A stretch of 63,108 bases of DNA, counting the filler, from a candidate division TA06 bacterium SM23_40 (GTDB lineage: Bacteria > LJUI01 > SM1-40), in NCBI GenBank assembly GCA_001303705.1. It is 5 parts of 5 records of this genome, joined end to end, with 100 filler letters (N's around TTAATTAATTAA, not from the genome) between each part and the next. Parts side by side here need not be neighbours in the genome. Positions count along the whole stretch, not along the records: positions 16,611 to 31,264 come from LJUI01000066.1; positions 31,365 to 44,639 come from LJUI01000067.1; 3 more parts are not named here. The stretch is one strand, 5' to 3'. How positions within the stretch are numbered: the stretch's first letter is position 1; each line of letters opens with the position of its first letter. Below, one piece after another: positions 29,851 through 38,893 of the stretch. The position numbers were made by a program, and so were the translations under genes. The notes under the pieces were generated by a model, which was not told where the DNA came from, did no database searches, and was given only the letters and a program-made list of their open reading frames with translations.

Positions 29851-31264
29851 TTACCCGGGGGGCGCCGGTCCGCCGTCGACCAGGCGCCCGGCGATCTGTG
29901 CAGCCCGCCTGTACTCCTCCCAGAGAAAGTGCCGCCCGACGCCCACATCGATATGATCCCACGGCAATCTACACCTGCACGGGCACACGCGCGCTTCCAG
30001 CTCAGGGCAGTGACCTCCCTAATAGCGATCGCCTCCCCGACAGGCCGACCTCCCCGCGCGACGAGCCCCTGCAGGAGCGCGAGCCTCACGCTTTTTGTCA
30101 GGATACGCACGCCTCCGAGAGACGAAAGGTCGCGCTCAAGGAGCTGAAGCCGCCGCTTCAGCACATCCCTCGGGGCCATGGGATGCCACTGAAATGGAGT
30201 CTGCGGCTTCGGCACGAAGGGGTTGATGCTAACAGTAATTCTCTTCCCATTGGATGCGAAGAACGTGCGGCGCATCGCCCGGACGAGCGGCGCTACGGCC
30301 AGCACATCTTCATCTTCCTCCCACGGCAGACCCACCATGAAATAGAGCCGGAGGCGCGTGATACCACAATTTCCTGCGGTCTCCGCGGCACGGACGATCG
30401 TTTCCTCATCCAGTCGCTTGTTGATGACATCGCGCAGACGCTGGGATCCCGCCTCCGGAGCAATGGCTAGCGTCCGCTGCCCTCTTGCAGTGAGCGCCGT
30501 AACGAGAGACGGGATAATCGCATCGGCACGCAGCGAAGAAATCCCGACCTCTTTCACGGACTCGGAGAGGGACACGATCAGCCGGTCCAGATCAGGGAAA
30601 TCAGAAAGCGCTGCTCCAATCAAGCCCACTCGATGGCAAGGAAGCGTCTCCCCCTCTATCCACTCCAGTAATCGCTGGACGCTCCGCTTCCGAAATGGCC
30701 TGTATACGAATCCTGCAAGACAGAACCGGCATCCATGCGGACATCCTCGTCCGATCTCGATGAGGTAGGTGTCTGGGAACTCCGTCTCACAGGTCACCAC
30801 CACCGACGCCGTCTTCTCCGCATCGAGGTTACCCGCAACCTGGCGTTCAATACGCGCAGGAGCGTCGCCTCGCACGAGGAGCTCGACCAAGCGTCCTCCC
30901 GGGGCATAAGTGGGCTCATAGAACCTCGGCACGTAGATTCCAGGGATCGACACGAGCGCTCTCAGGAGACCGGTACGCCAAGTATCCACACCGCGATGCC
31001 GACGACCCCCCGTATAGCGGGCAAGCAGGTCGAATAACTCATCGATCACATACTCCGCCTCTCCTATGAAGATCGCGTCAGCGTACGGAGCAAGCGGCTC
31101 GGGATTCATCGCACAAACGACGCCGCCGGCGATTATGAACGGCTCACCGTCGTCACGGTCTACGCCGAGAAGTGGAATGCCGGCATGGTTGAGGAGCGAG
31201 ATTATTCTCGGAAGATCGAGCTCAAATGAGATCGAGAACGCAACGACATCGAACATTCTGAGAG
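29851..31264 (-). CDS. Radical SAM protein (TIGR03960/COG1032-like), 5'-truncated by contig end, with apparent frameshift near 29967
   Basis: FSISFELD, MNPEPL, IGEAE, EIGRGCPHGCRFC, APEAGSQRLR..INK, YFMVGLP, FVPKPQTPFQW; conserved-looking tail LPWDHIDVGV..FLWEEYRRA lies in a different frame ending at TAA 29851. Confidence 0.85.
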
Positions 31265-31364
31265 NNNNNNNNNNNNNNNNNNNNNNNNNNNNNNNNNNNN
31301 NNNNNNNNTTAATTAATTAANNNNNNNNNNNNNNNNNNNNNNNNNNNNNNNNNNNNNNNNNNNN
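31265..31364. other. Artificial contig linker
   Basis: N44-TTAATTAATTAA-N44. Confidence 0.98.
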
Positions 31365-31647
<283 letters not shown>

Positions 31648-31847
31648 TCAACCCTTGGATTTTCCTGTGCGCGAATGCACTCACCTCTGCCAGGGGAGGC
31701 CTATATGTTGGCTCAAGGGTGTGGCCAAGGTACAGTGCCGTCCCCTCACTCGTTTGTGATCGTCGACGATCGAGAGGGCAATCGGTCCTTCCACATTCGG
31801 TGGAGGCGAGGACCTCCGGGCCGGTTCGACATGCAGGCGACGGCCAG

Positions 31848-33839
31848 CTAGTGCTCGGAGGATCGTTGGACGATGGTGTACTTCGCCTCGCGGGCAAAGG
31901 GTCGGAAGATCGTCCCTCCTGCCTCGTAGAACTTCGGAAAGAACTCGACAAACTGCAGCCTGAGTGTGTGGACGAATGCCCCCAAGACATTGATCGCCAG
32001 GTTGAAATGATGCGCCCCGATAAGGACGATTGCAGCGAGCACGATGCCGACGATCGGAATGTCCCCGATCATACCGGCGATAGTGTTGAAGGCCATCGCG
32101 ATCCCCGCCGTCACCATGCCCAGTGCCATGAGTCGGACATAGGAGAGTGTATCTCCCACGAATCCTGTCAACCCCATGTAGAAGTTGATCCCACCCATTA
32201 TTATCCTGAACACCGGATTGGGCTCCTCGCGTGCGCTGAAGATGAGCGCGCTCAGCATGCCGAGAAACGCCACTGCGAAGAACGGTCGGGCAAGCGACTC
32301 CGGCAGGAGGCCGACAAGTGCCAGCACTCCAAGCAGAATGCTGTTTATGAGGACGATCCAGGTGAGCGGTCCGAAGAGGGTGTCCTGGAGCCGTCTCTGC
32401 CTGAGAGTATCGTAGAGCTCGATGACGCGGCCGAACATGCAATGTATATATCCCAATCCCACTGAGATGCCGAAGAAGACCATCGGGGTCTCGAAGGGAT
32501 CGAACAGTCGTAGACGATTGCGCATGATCTTCAGGAAGCCAAACGGAAGACGGTCGATTGCATCCCCGAACCAGCCGCCGGTAATGGCTCCCATGACGAC
32601 AGTGGCAGCTGCGCCCCAGAGCAGGAGCTTGAGAAGCTTCGGGTCGCCCTGTACCTTCCGCATGAGAAGGAAGACGAGGAACGCGAGAAGAATGCCGTAT
32701 CCCGCATCGGTGAGACAGAGGCCGAAGAAGAGAGCGAAGAAGGGTGCGAGGAACGGTGTTGGATCGAGTTCTCGCTGGTGCGGCATCCCGTACAGTTCGG
32801 TGACGACCTCAAATGGACGAACAGGGGACCGATTGCTGAGGACGGTAGGGGGTCTCTCGCCCGGCTCGGGGTCGATCTTCGTGAGAGAGACGTGGGGAAA
32901 TCGTTCGGCCGATCGCTCGAGCCTGGAATAGGTGCTCTGCGGAGTCCAGCCAACGATGAGGGCCGATTCGCGTGTACTGAGCGCGAGATTCTGGATACGC
33001 CTCTGATTGAGACGACTCTGGTAATGGTCGTGGAGGATCTTCAGTGTCGGGAGGTTATCGGCGAGTTCGAGAGCCGTTGCATTGAGTTTCTCACGCTCTT
33101 CATCGATCTCCTGGAGCTGGGCCTCGTAGTCTGCGAGCAGTTCGCGAGGGTTGCCTACCAGATCGTGTGCGGCGAAGTCGATCCGTTCGAATTCGACGGC
33201 GGCCAGGGCCTCCTCTACCGGATCCTTGTTCGTCGCCGGAAAGCAGACGATACAGTGGGTGGACTCAGGGGTCCGCTCGATGACCTCGATGTGCACAGGA
33301 AGATCGGCAACCGAGCTCAGGAGGCGATCGATGCCTCCCGCCTCGGGGACGACTCCGGGGAGGATCGTGGTATGAGGCGTTGATGCGACCTGTTCGAGTG
33401 GCACATCGAGCGTTCTCCAGGGCAGCAGGAATTCCATCTGGGCGTGCAGGTGCGTCTCTCTGCTACGCAGCTCTGCATGGCTCCTCTCAAGGGCTCGCGA
33501 CGCATCTATGACGGGTGCAGGATCGTGTTCGGATATCGTATGCTCGAGCGTCTGTTCATCAAGCACTGCTCTCGCGCCCAGAAAGCCCTGGAGAAACCCC
33601 TCGCTTGGCCCGAACTGGCTGAGGCTGCCGATGGTCCAGGCAAGCTGGGAACAGAGCTCCTCGAGGGATTCGTCCGTGATCTCCTCTTCCGCGACAAGGT
33701 CGGGGAAGTCCTCGGCGAGCGGACTCTCTCGGAGGTCAGAAATGTGAAGGAGCCCGTCATTCTGGAGCTGGCGAACGAGCTCCTCCTGGTCGCTGCGGTG
33801 AGCCAGCAGGCTCACCTTCTGCATTGGAACGATGCTCAT
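31848..33839 (-). CDS. ntpI: V/A-type ATP synthase subunit I
   Basis: MSIVPMQKV, PPTVL.N, YGMP..ELDPT, DAGYG, DTLSYVRLMAL (essential Arg), HTLRLQFVEFF.KFY. Confidence 0.95.
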   Translation of the reverse strand: MSIVPMQKVSLLAHRSDQEELVRQLQNDGLLHISDLRESPLAEDFPDLVAEEEITDESLEELCSQLAWTIGSLSQFGPSEGFLQGFLGARAVLDEQTLEHTISEHDPAPVIDASRALERSHAELRSRETHLHAQMEFLLPWRTLDVPLEQVASTPHTTILPGVVPEAGGIDRLLSSVADLPVHIEVIERTPESTHCIVCFPATNKDPVEEALAAVEFERIDFAAHDLVGNPRELLADYEAQLQEIDEEREKLNATALELADNLPTLKILHDHYQSRLNQRRIQNLALSTRESALIVGWTPQSTYSRLERSAERFPHVSLTKIDPEPGERPPTVLSNRSPVRPFEVVTELYGMPHQRELDPTPFLAPFFALFFGLCLTDAGYGILLAFLVFLLMRKVQGDPKLLKLLLWGAAATVVMGAITGGWFGDAIDRLPFGFLKIMRNRLRLFDPFETPMVFFGISVGLGYIHCMFGRVIELYDTLRQRRLQDTLFGPLTWIVLINSILLGVLALVGLLPESLARPFFAVAFLGMLSALIFSAREEPNPVFRIIMGGINFYMGLTGFVGDTLSYVRLMALGMVTAGIAMAFNTIAGMIGDIPIVGIVLAAIVLIGAHHFNLAINVLGAFVHTLRLQFVEFFPKFYEAGGTIFRPFAREAKYTIVQRSSEH

Positions 33840-33845
33840 CGCTTG

Positions 33846-34157
33846 CTATCCAACGGTCTTCTTCTCTATCGCCGAGAGGGCGTCTTTCAATCTCTTTGCC
33901 GCCATCTCGTCCAGTTTCGCGCACTCCTCGGCATTCGCGCGCTTCATCTCTTCGATGGCCGCTTCGGCAGCAGCACGTCCCTTCTCTCTCGCGTCTGCGA
34001 GGCGAGGCTTTCTCCGTGCGGCCTCTTCTCTGAGGAGTTTTCGCGCCTCCTCTTCGGCCTCCTCGATGTGGGCTTTCGCCTTGGCCTCAGCCCCCTTGAT
34101 GATTTCGTCGGCTTTGCGTTCTGCTGCCTGGATCTGTTTCAGGAACTCCGTACTCAC
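33846..34157 (-). CDS. V/A-type ATP synthase peripheral stalk subunit G/H
   Basis: Charged coiled coil (IQAAERKADEII..AEAKA) directly upstream of subunit I; GTG 34157 with AGAGGA RBS. Confidence 0.78.
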   Translation of the reverse strand: MSTEFLKQIQAAERKADEIIKGAEAKAKAHIEEAEEEARKLLREEAARRKPRLADAREKGRAAAEAAIEEMKRANAEECAKLDEMAAKRLKDALSAIEKKTVG

Positions 34158-34182
34158 AGTATTCCTCTGTGTGTTGGGAGCT

Positions 34183-34200
34183 ACGTGAACTTCTTCACAA
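34183..34200 (-). promoter_or_regulatory. Rex operator upstream of the ATPase operon
   Basis: Minus strand TTGTGAA-GAAG-TTCACGT versus Rex consensus TTGTGAA-N4-TTCACAA. Confidence 0.75.
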
Positions 34201-34216
34201 CCACGCATCGGCGTTT

Positions 34217-34245
34217 CTTGTACCACATATCCCACTACCAGTCAA
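34217..34245 (-). promoter_or_regulatory. Putative promoter of the ATPase operon
   Basis: TTGACT-17 nt-TACAAG with TGn extension; Rex box lies just downstream. Confidence 0.5.
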
Positions 34246-34489
34246 CCCTTTTTTGGGCCCGGTTCGCGCTGTTCTGGCGCTAATCGAGGAGGTCGGGGGC
34301 GTAACTGTGCTGAACATCACGCTGCCCGGCTCGTCGGGCCGCCGCCGTGGAAATGGAGGTGGATAAGGTGTGGAGAAGTCGTCGATGGTCGTGGGAAAAG
34401 GTCGTTCTTCGGCCCCCGGGCAGAGCATATCTAATGACCGTCCGGTGGATAACCTGTGACTATCATGGCGGCATCGTCTTGTCTATGCA

Positions 34490-34603
34490 CAGCACGCGGG
34501 CAGGCAGTGGCTCTCCTGATGAGTTCTTACTCCCGGGGAGCTCCATCAGCACGCGGGCAGGCAGTGGCTCTCCTGATGGGTTCTTGTCCCCGGAATCCTC
34601 CAT
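34490..34603. repeat. 57-bp tandem duplication
   Basis: CAGCACGCGGGCAGGCAGTGGCTCTCCTGATG identical at 34490 and 34547, then degenerate. Confidence 0.85.
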
Positions 34604-34741
34604 CCCCTTCGGGGCGTCCGGTGAGCACGCCGTCAGGGAGGATCAAGCAAGCGGTGGGCAGGTGCGTCCCCGGGCAGGTGCCGGGCCTGCAATGGAATAT
34701 GGTGAGTACAGCTGTGCGTATTGAGTGGGCCTGATCCTCAC

Positions 34742-35374
34742 CTAGCGGCGCGTTCGATTCTTCGTCATGACGTAGGACAGGGTCTCCAGCTCCATCGCCA
34801 TATTGACGTTCCTTAGGGTCACCCCGTCTGGCACAAAGAGCTTGCGGTGCGCAAAATTGAGTATCGCCTTGATTCCAGCATCTACCATGGCATTTGCCAC
34901 AGATTGTGCCGTGTCCGCCGGTACGGCGATGACGCCGATATCGACTTTGCGCTGCCTGACTATGGACTTCATATCGTCGGGGTGGTCGATCTGCACGTCA
35001 GCCCAGTGCTTGCCGACCTTGTGACGATCACTGTCGAACACGGCCACGATATGGAAGTTGCGTTTCCTGAATTCCTTGTACGAGAAGAGGGCGCTGCCCA
35101 GTCGCCCTGCGCCGACGAGGGCAACTCGCCAGTCGCGGTCGATGCCGAGGATCGAGGTGATTTTCGAGATCAGATCTGCCACCAGGTAGCCCTTTCCCTT
35201 GGTGCCGAACGTCCCGAAGCAGGAGAGGTCTCTCCGGACCTGCGCAGGAGTCGCGCCAGCCCGTTGGGCCAGTTCATGGGAAGAGATGTACTCTTTGCCC
35301 TCGTTCGCGAATTCGGAGAGAAGCCGATGATAGCTTGAGAGCCGGTGAATGGTCCAGTCTGACACTTTCTGCAA
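34742..35374 (-). CDS. rex: Redox-sensing transcriptional repressor Rex
   Basis: TIHRLSSY, ISSHELA, QVRRDLSCFGTFG.KGKGY, VGAGRLGSAL, GIKAILNFA; TTG start after GGAGG. Confidence 0.95.
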   Translation of the reverse strand: MQKVSDWTIHRLSSYHRLLSEFANEGKEYISSHELAQRAGATPAQVRRDLSCFGTFGTKGKGYLVADLISKITSILGIDRDWRVALVGAGRLGSALFSYKEFRKRNFHIVAVFDSDRHKVGKHWADVQIDHPDDMKSIVRQRKVDIGVIAVPADTAQSVANAMVDAGIKAILNFAHRKLFVPDGVTLRNVNMAMELETLSYVMTKNRTRR

Positions 35375-35463
35375 CGTTCCGCCTCCCCGGTCGAGCCCGG
35401 TGCCTGCCCTATGTCGGGCTGGCCTGTGTGGCCGAAGGATATCGGTGTCCGCCTCGCCGCAGT

Positions 35464-35481
35464 ACGTGAATCTTTTCACAA
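35464..35481 (-). promoter_or_regulatory. Rex operator upstream of rex (autoregulation)
   Basis: Minus strand TTGTGAA-AAGA-TTCACGT, immediately downstream of the predicted -10. Confidence 0.75.
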
Positions 35482-35489
35482 CCCAGTCA

Positions 35490-35519
35490 AATCTAGCACA
35501 GAATCGGTTTCCATGTCAA
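35490..35519 (-). promoter_or_regulatory. Putative rex promoter
   Basis: TTGACA-18 nt-TAGATT with TGn extension. Confidence 0.6.
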
Positions 35520-35835
35520 TAGCGAGTGTCAAATTCCTGGTGTGCGCGGCCGCCGCCGGCGGCTTCCGGCAAGGGGGCGTGTTCGTGGTGGGTCCGATCC
35601 CGAGGCGTGCTGGGGCCCGTTGCATCTGTGCAGTCATGAACGAGAGGAGGCTGAACAAAGGGAAGGTGATGGGGATCCGTTTTTGCGCGCATCAGAAAGC
35701 GTCCGGGGTAGGAGCTGGATGTGGGCGGGGATCCGATCGGGTAAGCGTCAGGACAGGGACCCGATCCGCGGGGGGACCGGATCTGGAGGGAGACTCAGTC
35801 CGGGCGGGAACCAGGCACATACGGGGGTCGGAACC

Positions 35836-35998
35836 ATGGGTGGATCGGGATCGTGGGTGGACGGGGGCCGTGGATGGACGGGCTCGTCGATGGACCGGTA
35901 CCGCGGATGTATCTGAACCGTTGATGGGCCGGCATCGTGGATGGACCGGGATCGTGGGTGGACCGGGACCGCGGATGTACCTGAACCGTAGATAGACC
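35836..35998. repeat. 17-bp minisatellite (~10 units) with 68-bp higher-order period
   Basis: Consensus GTGGATGGACCGGGA(T/C)C; variant GCGGATGTA(T/C)CTGAACC at 35903 and 35971. Confidence 0.85.
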
Positions 35999-36029
35999 AA
36001 ATCCAGGGAGGAACTAGATCAGACAGGAA

Positions 36030-36452
36030 CTAGATGTCGAATAGGACGTGGGCGACCCAACCCCGAGGTTCCTGGCGGACCTCGAGGTCGTGGTAGGTAA
36101 CACTCTTGATTTCGGTCCTCAGTCGGTGCCGTTCTGGATCGACGAGTTCGCCTGCGCAGCGGGCCACAACTTCCCGGTCGGAGAGCCGCCCGATATCGAA
36201 CCGGCAGAAGAGCATCTCGTCTGTCGCCAGACGGTAGAGAAGCTCCCGCAGCCACTCGACGAGCAATTCCTCCACACCCTCGTCGCCGTTCACGACGTGG
36301 ATATCCATCTCGACGCTCGCCGAGATGCTGCCGATGTCAACCAGGCACTCGAACATGGCGCGGGCCGCGGTCGCGAACAGATCCTCGAGCGTCGTCCCGT
36401 GGATCGTGAGTGAGAGGTCGGCAGTATGCTCAAGCACCTCGTACGACCCCAT
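36030..36452 (-). CDS. Archease
   Basis: YEVLEHTADL, LLVEWLRELLY, EIKSVTYH, C-terminal FDI; RBS AAGGAG. Confidence 0.93.
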   Translation of the reverse strand: MGSYEVLEHTADLSLTIHGTTLEDLFATAARAMFECLVDIGSISASVEMDIHVVNGDEGVEELLVEWLRELLYRLATDEMLFCRFDIGRLSDREVVARCAGELVDPERHRLRTEIKSVTYHDLEVRQEPRGWVAHVLFDI

Positions 36453-36627
36453 AGTTTTCTCCTTGACGGTAGCATTGTGCATCGATAGAATGGGCCCGAG
36501 CATACCAATGTCTATCTATTGCGTTCCTTACGTGGAACGCACACGGGTTCGTGATCGGTATGTAGCATCGAGACGAGTGGCGAGGCCGTGCTTCTTCTGC
36601 AGGCGCTGTCCTTCACTCGTAGCGTCG

Positions 36628-36656
36628 ATGCTAGGCGATGGGCTCGATCTTGTCAA
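36628..36656 (-). promoter_or_regulatory. Putative archease promoter
   Basis: TTGACA-17 nt-TAGCAT. Confidence 0.55.
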
Positions 36657-36810
36657 GTGTCGCCGCGATCCGGCGAGTTGTCGGAAGTCAGGGCAGGTGA
36701 GCATACCCGGGTCGCACGTCCAGTAGTCACGATGAGGATGGGGCAGGACTCTCCACAGACACGGTAGGCCACGAGATCAGTATGTCAGGCATCAGGAGGA
36801 GGCGAGCGCT

Positions 36811-37065
36811 ATGGAGGAACTGGAGATAGGGAAGGTCGAGGATTATTTTGCCAAGATCGGGGTCGCGGGGATTCAGCTTACTGGCGAGATCGCCGTCGGA
36901 GACACGATTCACATCAAGGGCCATACGACTGATCTGACCGAGATGGTGATGTCGATCCAGATTGAACACGAATCGGTCGAACGCGCTGGGTCGGGCGATC
37001 TTATCGGCATCAAGGTGAGTGATAGGTGTCGCCAGGGGGACCACGTCTACAAGGTGATCGAGTAG
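36811..37065 (+). CDS. Small translation-elongation-factor-like beta-barrel protein (EF-Tu domain II / U32 C-terminal-like)
   Basis: IGKVEDYFAKIGVAGI, VGDTIHIKGHTTD, SIQIEH, IGIKV..R.GDHVYKV; RBS AGGAGG. Confidence 0.85.
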   Translation: MEELEIGKVEDYFAKIGVAGIQLTGEIAVGDTIHIKGHTTDLTEMVMSIQIEHESVERAGSGDLIGIKVSDRCRQGDHVYKVIE

Positions 37066-37104
37066 CCCCGACGATATGTCTGGGTGCTGGTCAGGGACGG
37101 GGAC

Positions 37105-37446
37105 ATGCACATCGACTCCTATCGGTTCGGTCGTATCGTTATCGATGGCCGTCCATTCACTGCTGATGTTATTGTCTATCCTGACAGAGTTCAGGGGAGT
37201 TGGTGGCGGAAGGAGGGCCACTCTCTCGATATGGGAGATCTCGAGGATGTCTTCGATGCGGCACCCCAGGTTCTCATCGTGGGAACGGGCGCGAATGGGA
37301 TCATGCGAGTTCCCCCGGAAGTGGCCAGTGCCATCGAGGTGAGAGGGATCAAGCTTATCGTAGAGAGGACCGACCGGGCATGCGAGCTGTTCAATGAGAT
37401 GAGCCAGGGACAGATGGTAGTGGCCGCTCTTCATCTCACCTGCTAG
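37105..37446 (+). CDS. Mth938-like (DUF498/AAMDC) protein
   Basis: IDSYRFGRIVIDG, WWRKEGH, IVGTGANG, ACELFN, AALHLTC. Confidence 0.9.
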   Translation: MHIDSYRFGRIVIDGRPFTADVIVYPDRVQGSWWRKEGHSLDMGDLEDVFDAAPQVLIVGTGANGIMRVPPEVASAIEVRGIKLIVERTDRACELFNEMSQGQMVVAALHLTC

Positions 37447-37518
37447 CCGGAGAGTGGCTTGAGGTGAGGATGGACGGTTTCTCGATAGATTCGAGTCGGC
37501 ACTCGATGGGAGGAAGGG

Positions 37519-37713
37519 GTGAAAGCCAATCAGGCCTGTGGTCCGTGTGGGGGGACCGGCAAGTGTCCCGCCTGCAGAGGTAGCGGCGTTCTCCACGGAA
37601 AGCGCTGCGTCTTCTGTGATACAACGAAGCCAGACCTTGGCCGTGATATGGGATCGGGGATCTGTAACGACTGTCATGGAACCGGCCTATGGCCGAAGGA
37701 ATGGAGGAAATAG
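37519..37713 (+). CDS. Small Cys-rich zinc-finger protein with DnaJ-type CxxCxGxG repeats
   Basis: CGPCGGTG, CPACRGSG, CVFC, CNDCHGTG; GGAGG RBS before GTG. Confidence 0.72.
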   Translation: MKANQACGPCGGTGKCPACRGSGVLHGKRCVFCDTTKPDLGRDMGSGICNDCHGTGLWPKEWRK

Positions 37714-37716
37714 CGA

Positions 37717-38031
37717 GTGGTCGTCTCCTTTTCGATCATTCCGCTCGACAAAGGTGTGAGCCTGGGGAAGTACGTCGCCCGTGTGACGGAGCTGGTAGAG
37801 GAGAGCGGGCTTGATCATCGCCTGACGCCCATGTCCACGATCGTGGAGGGCGATTGGGATGAAGTATTCGATCTGATACGTCGTTGTCATGAGCGGATGC
37901 GCGAGGATTCGGTCAGGGTGGTGACGACGATCAAGGTCGATGATCGCGAGGGAGCGACAGGTCGTCTTGATGGAAAGATCCAATCTGTCGAGCGTCACAT
38001 GAGAAGAAGCGGCTCCGAGAGGGGTCGTTAG
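37717..38031 (+). CDS. MTH1187/YkoF-like thiamine-binding family protein
   Basis: FSIIPL..SLGKYVA, LTPMSTIVEGDWDEV, CHE, RVVTTIKVDDR, KIQSV. Confidence 0.9.
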   Translation: MVVSFSIIPLDKGVSLGKYVARVTELVEESGLDHRLTPMSTIVEGDWDEVFDLIRRCHERMREDSVRVVTTIKVDDREGATGRLDGKIQSVERHMRRSGSERGR

Positions 38032-38099
38032 GGAGTGGTCTGTAAAGCAGCCGATCGGGTGCCCGATCCAATTGCCCCGGAGGAGTCGCAGGAGCTGGA

Positions 38100-38732
38100 G
38101 TGCCCATGTGGGATATGGTGACGTCTCGGCTCTTTGCCTTAGATGTGGCCGTATTCCGTCTCGTCAATCACTATATGGCCAATGAGCTCTTCGATGTGGT
38201 GATGCCATTTATCACCGATATCGCTCATTGGCGTCTTATCATCGTTGGAATCGCGCTCTTTCTGGTGACGTTCGGCGGCCGCAGGGGGAGATGGCTTCTC
38301 GCCGCTATAGTGGTGACTGTCGCTCTCACGGACGGCGTGATCGGTCATTCACTCAAGCATTGGCTGGATAAGCCCCGTCCGTTCCTTGTCCTCGATGGCG
38401 TGAGGGTTCTCATAGGTGCAGGCGGCGGGTCCTTTCCGTCTGCTCACGCCGCCAACATGTTCGCCCTTGCCACAGTCTTCAGCGCGTGGGTCCCGCGCCT
38501 TGGATTGCTGGGTTTCGGATTCGCCTCCCTGATTGCCTTTTCCCGTGTGTACGTTGGAGTCCACTATCCTTCTGACGTGATCGGAGGGGGGATGCTCGGC
38601 ATCCTCGCCGGGCTGTTTGTACTGTGGATGGTGCGGAACTGGGGCGGGTGCAAGGGAGTAATCTCATCCGGGTCCGGGGGAAAAGGGGGTAGTGAGCCGC
38701 CGTCCGCAGGCGGGGAGGAGGATTCGCCATAG
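38100..38732 (+). CDS. PAP2-family membrane phosphatase (undecaprenyl-PP phosphatase-like)
   Basis: K......RP, SFPSAHA, SRVYVGVHYPSDV. Confidence 0.92.
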   Translation: MPMWDMVTSRLFALDVAVFRLVNHYMANELFDVVMPFITDIAHWRLIIVGIALFLVTFGGRRGRWLLAAIVVTVALTDGVIGHSLKHWLDKPRPFLVLDGVRVLIGAGGGSFPSAHAANMFALATVFSAWVPRLGLLGFGFASLIAFSRVYVGVHYPSDVIGGGMLGILAGLFVLWMVRNWGGCKGVISSGSGGKGGSEPPSAGGEEDSP

Positions 38733-38761
38733 ATTGTCGCGCCCGCCCCGCCAGATCGCGC

Positions 38762-38791
38762 TTGACGAGAGGGTAGACATTGCGATATCAT
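38762..38791 (+). promoter_or_regulatory. Putative promoter of the M14 peptidase
   Basis: TTGACG-18 nt-TATCAT. Confidence 0.5.
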
Positions 38792-38893
38792 CGTATGTAG
38801 CATATGCGATACAGGTAGCACAGACAGCCCGGAACCTCGGGCTCATGGAGACTGAGGGAACTTCTGGAGGGCGAGTAGGAGAGGGGAGTTGAA

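Noticed and set aside
35836..35998. CRISPR array, or the coding ORF 35411-35995
   Set aside because: Units abut with no spacers; the 17-bp period is not codon-phased and the translation is low-complexity.
36563..36633. SRP RNA or tRNA
   Set aside because: No CAGG-GNRA-AGCA domain IV geometry and no cloverleaf/TTCGA arm; kept only as an unassigned hairpin.
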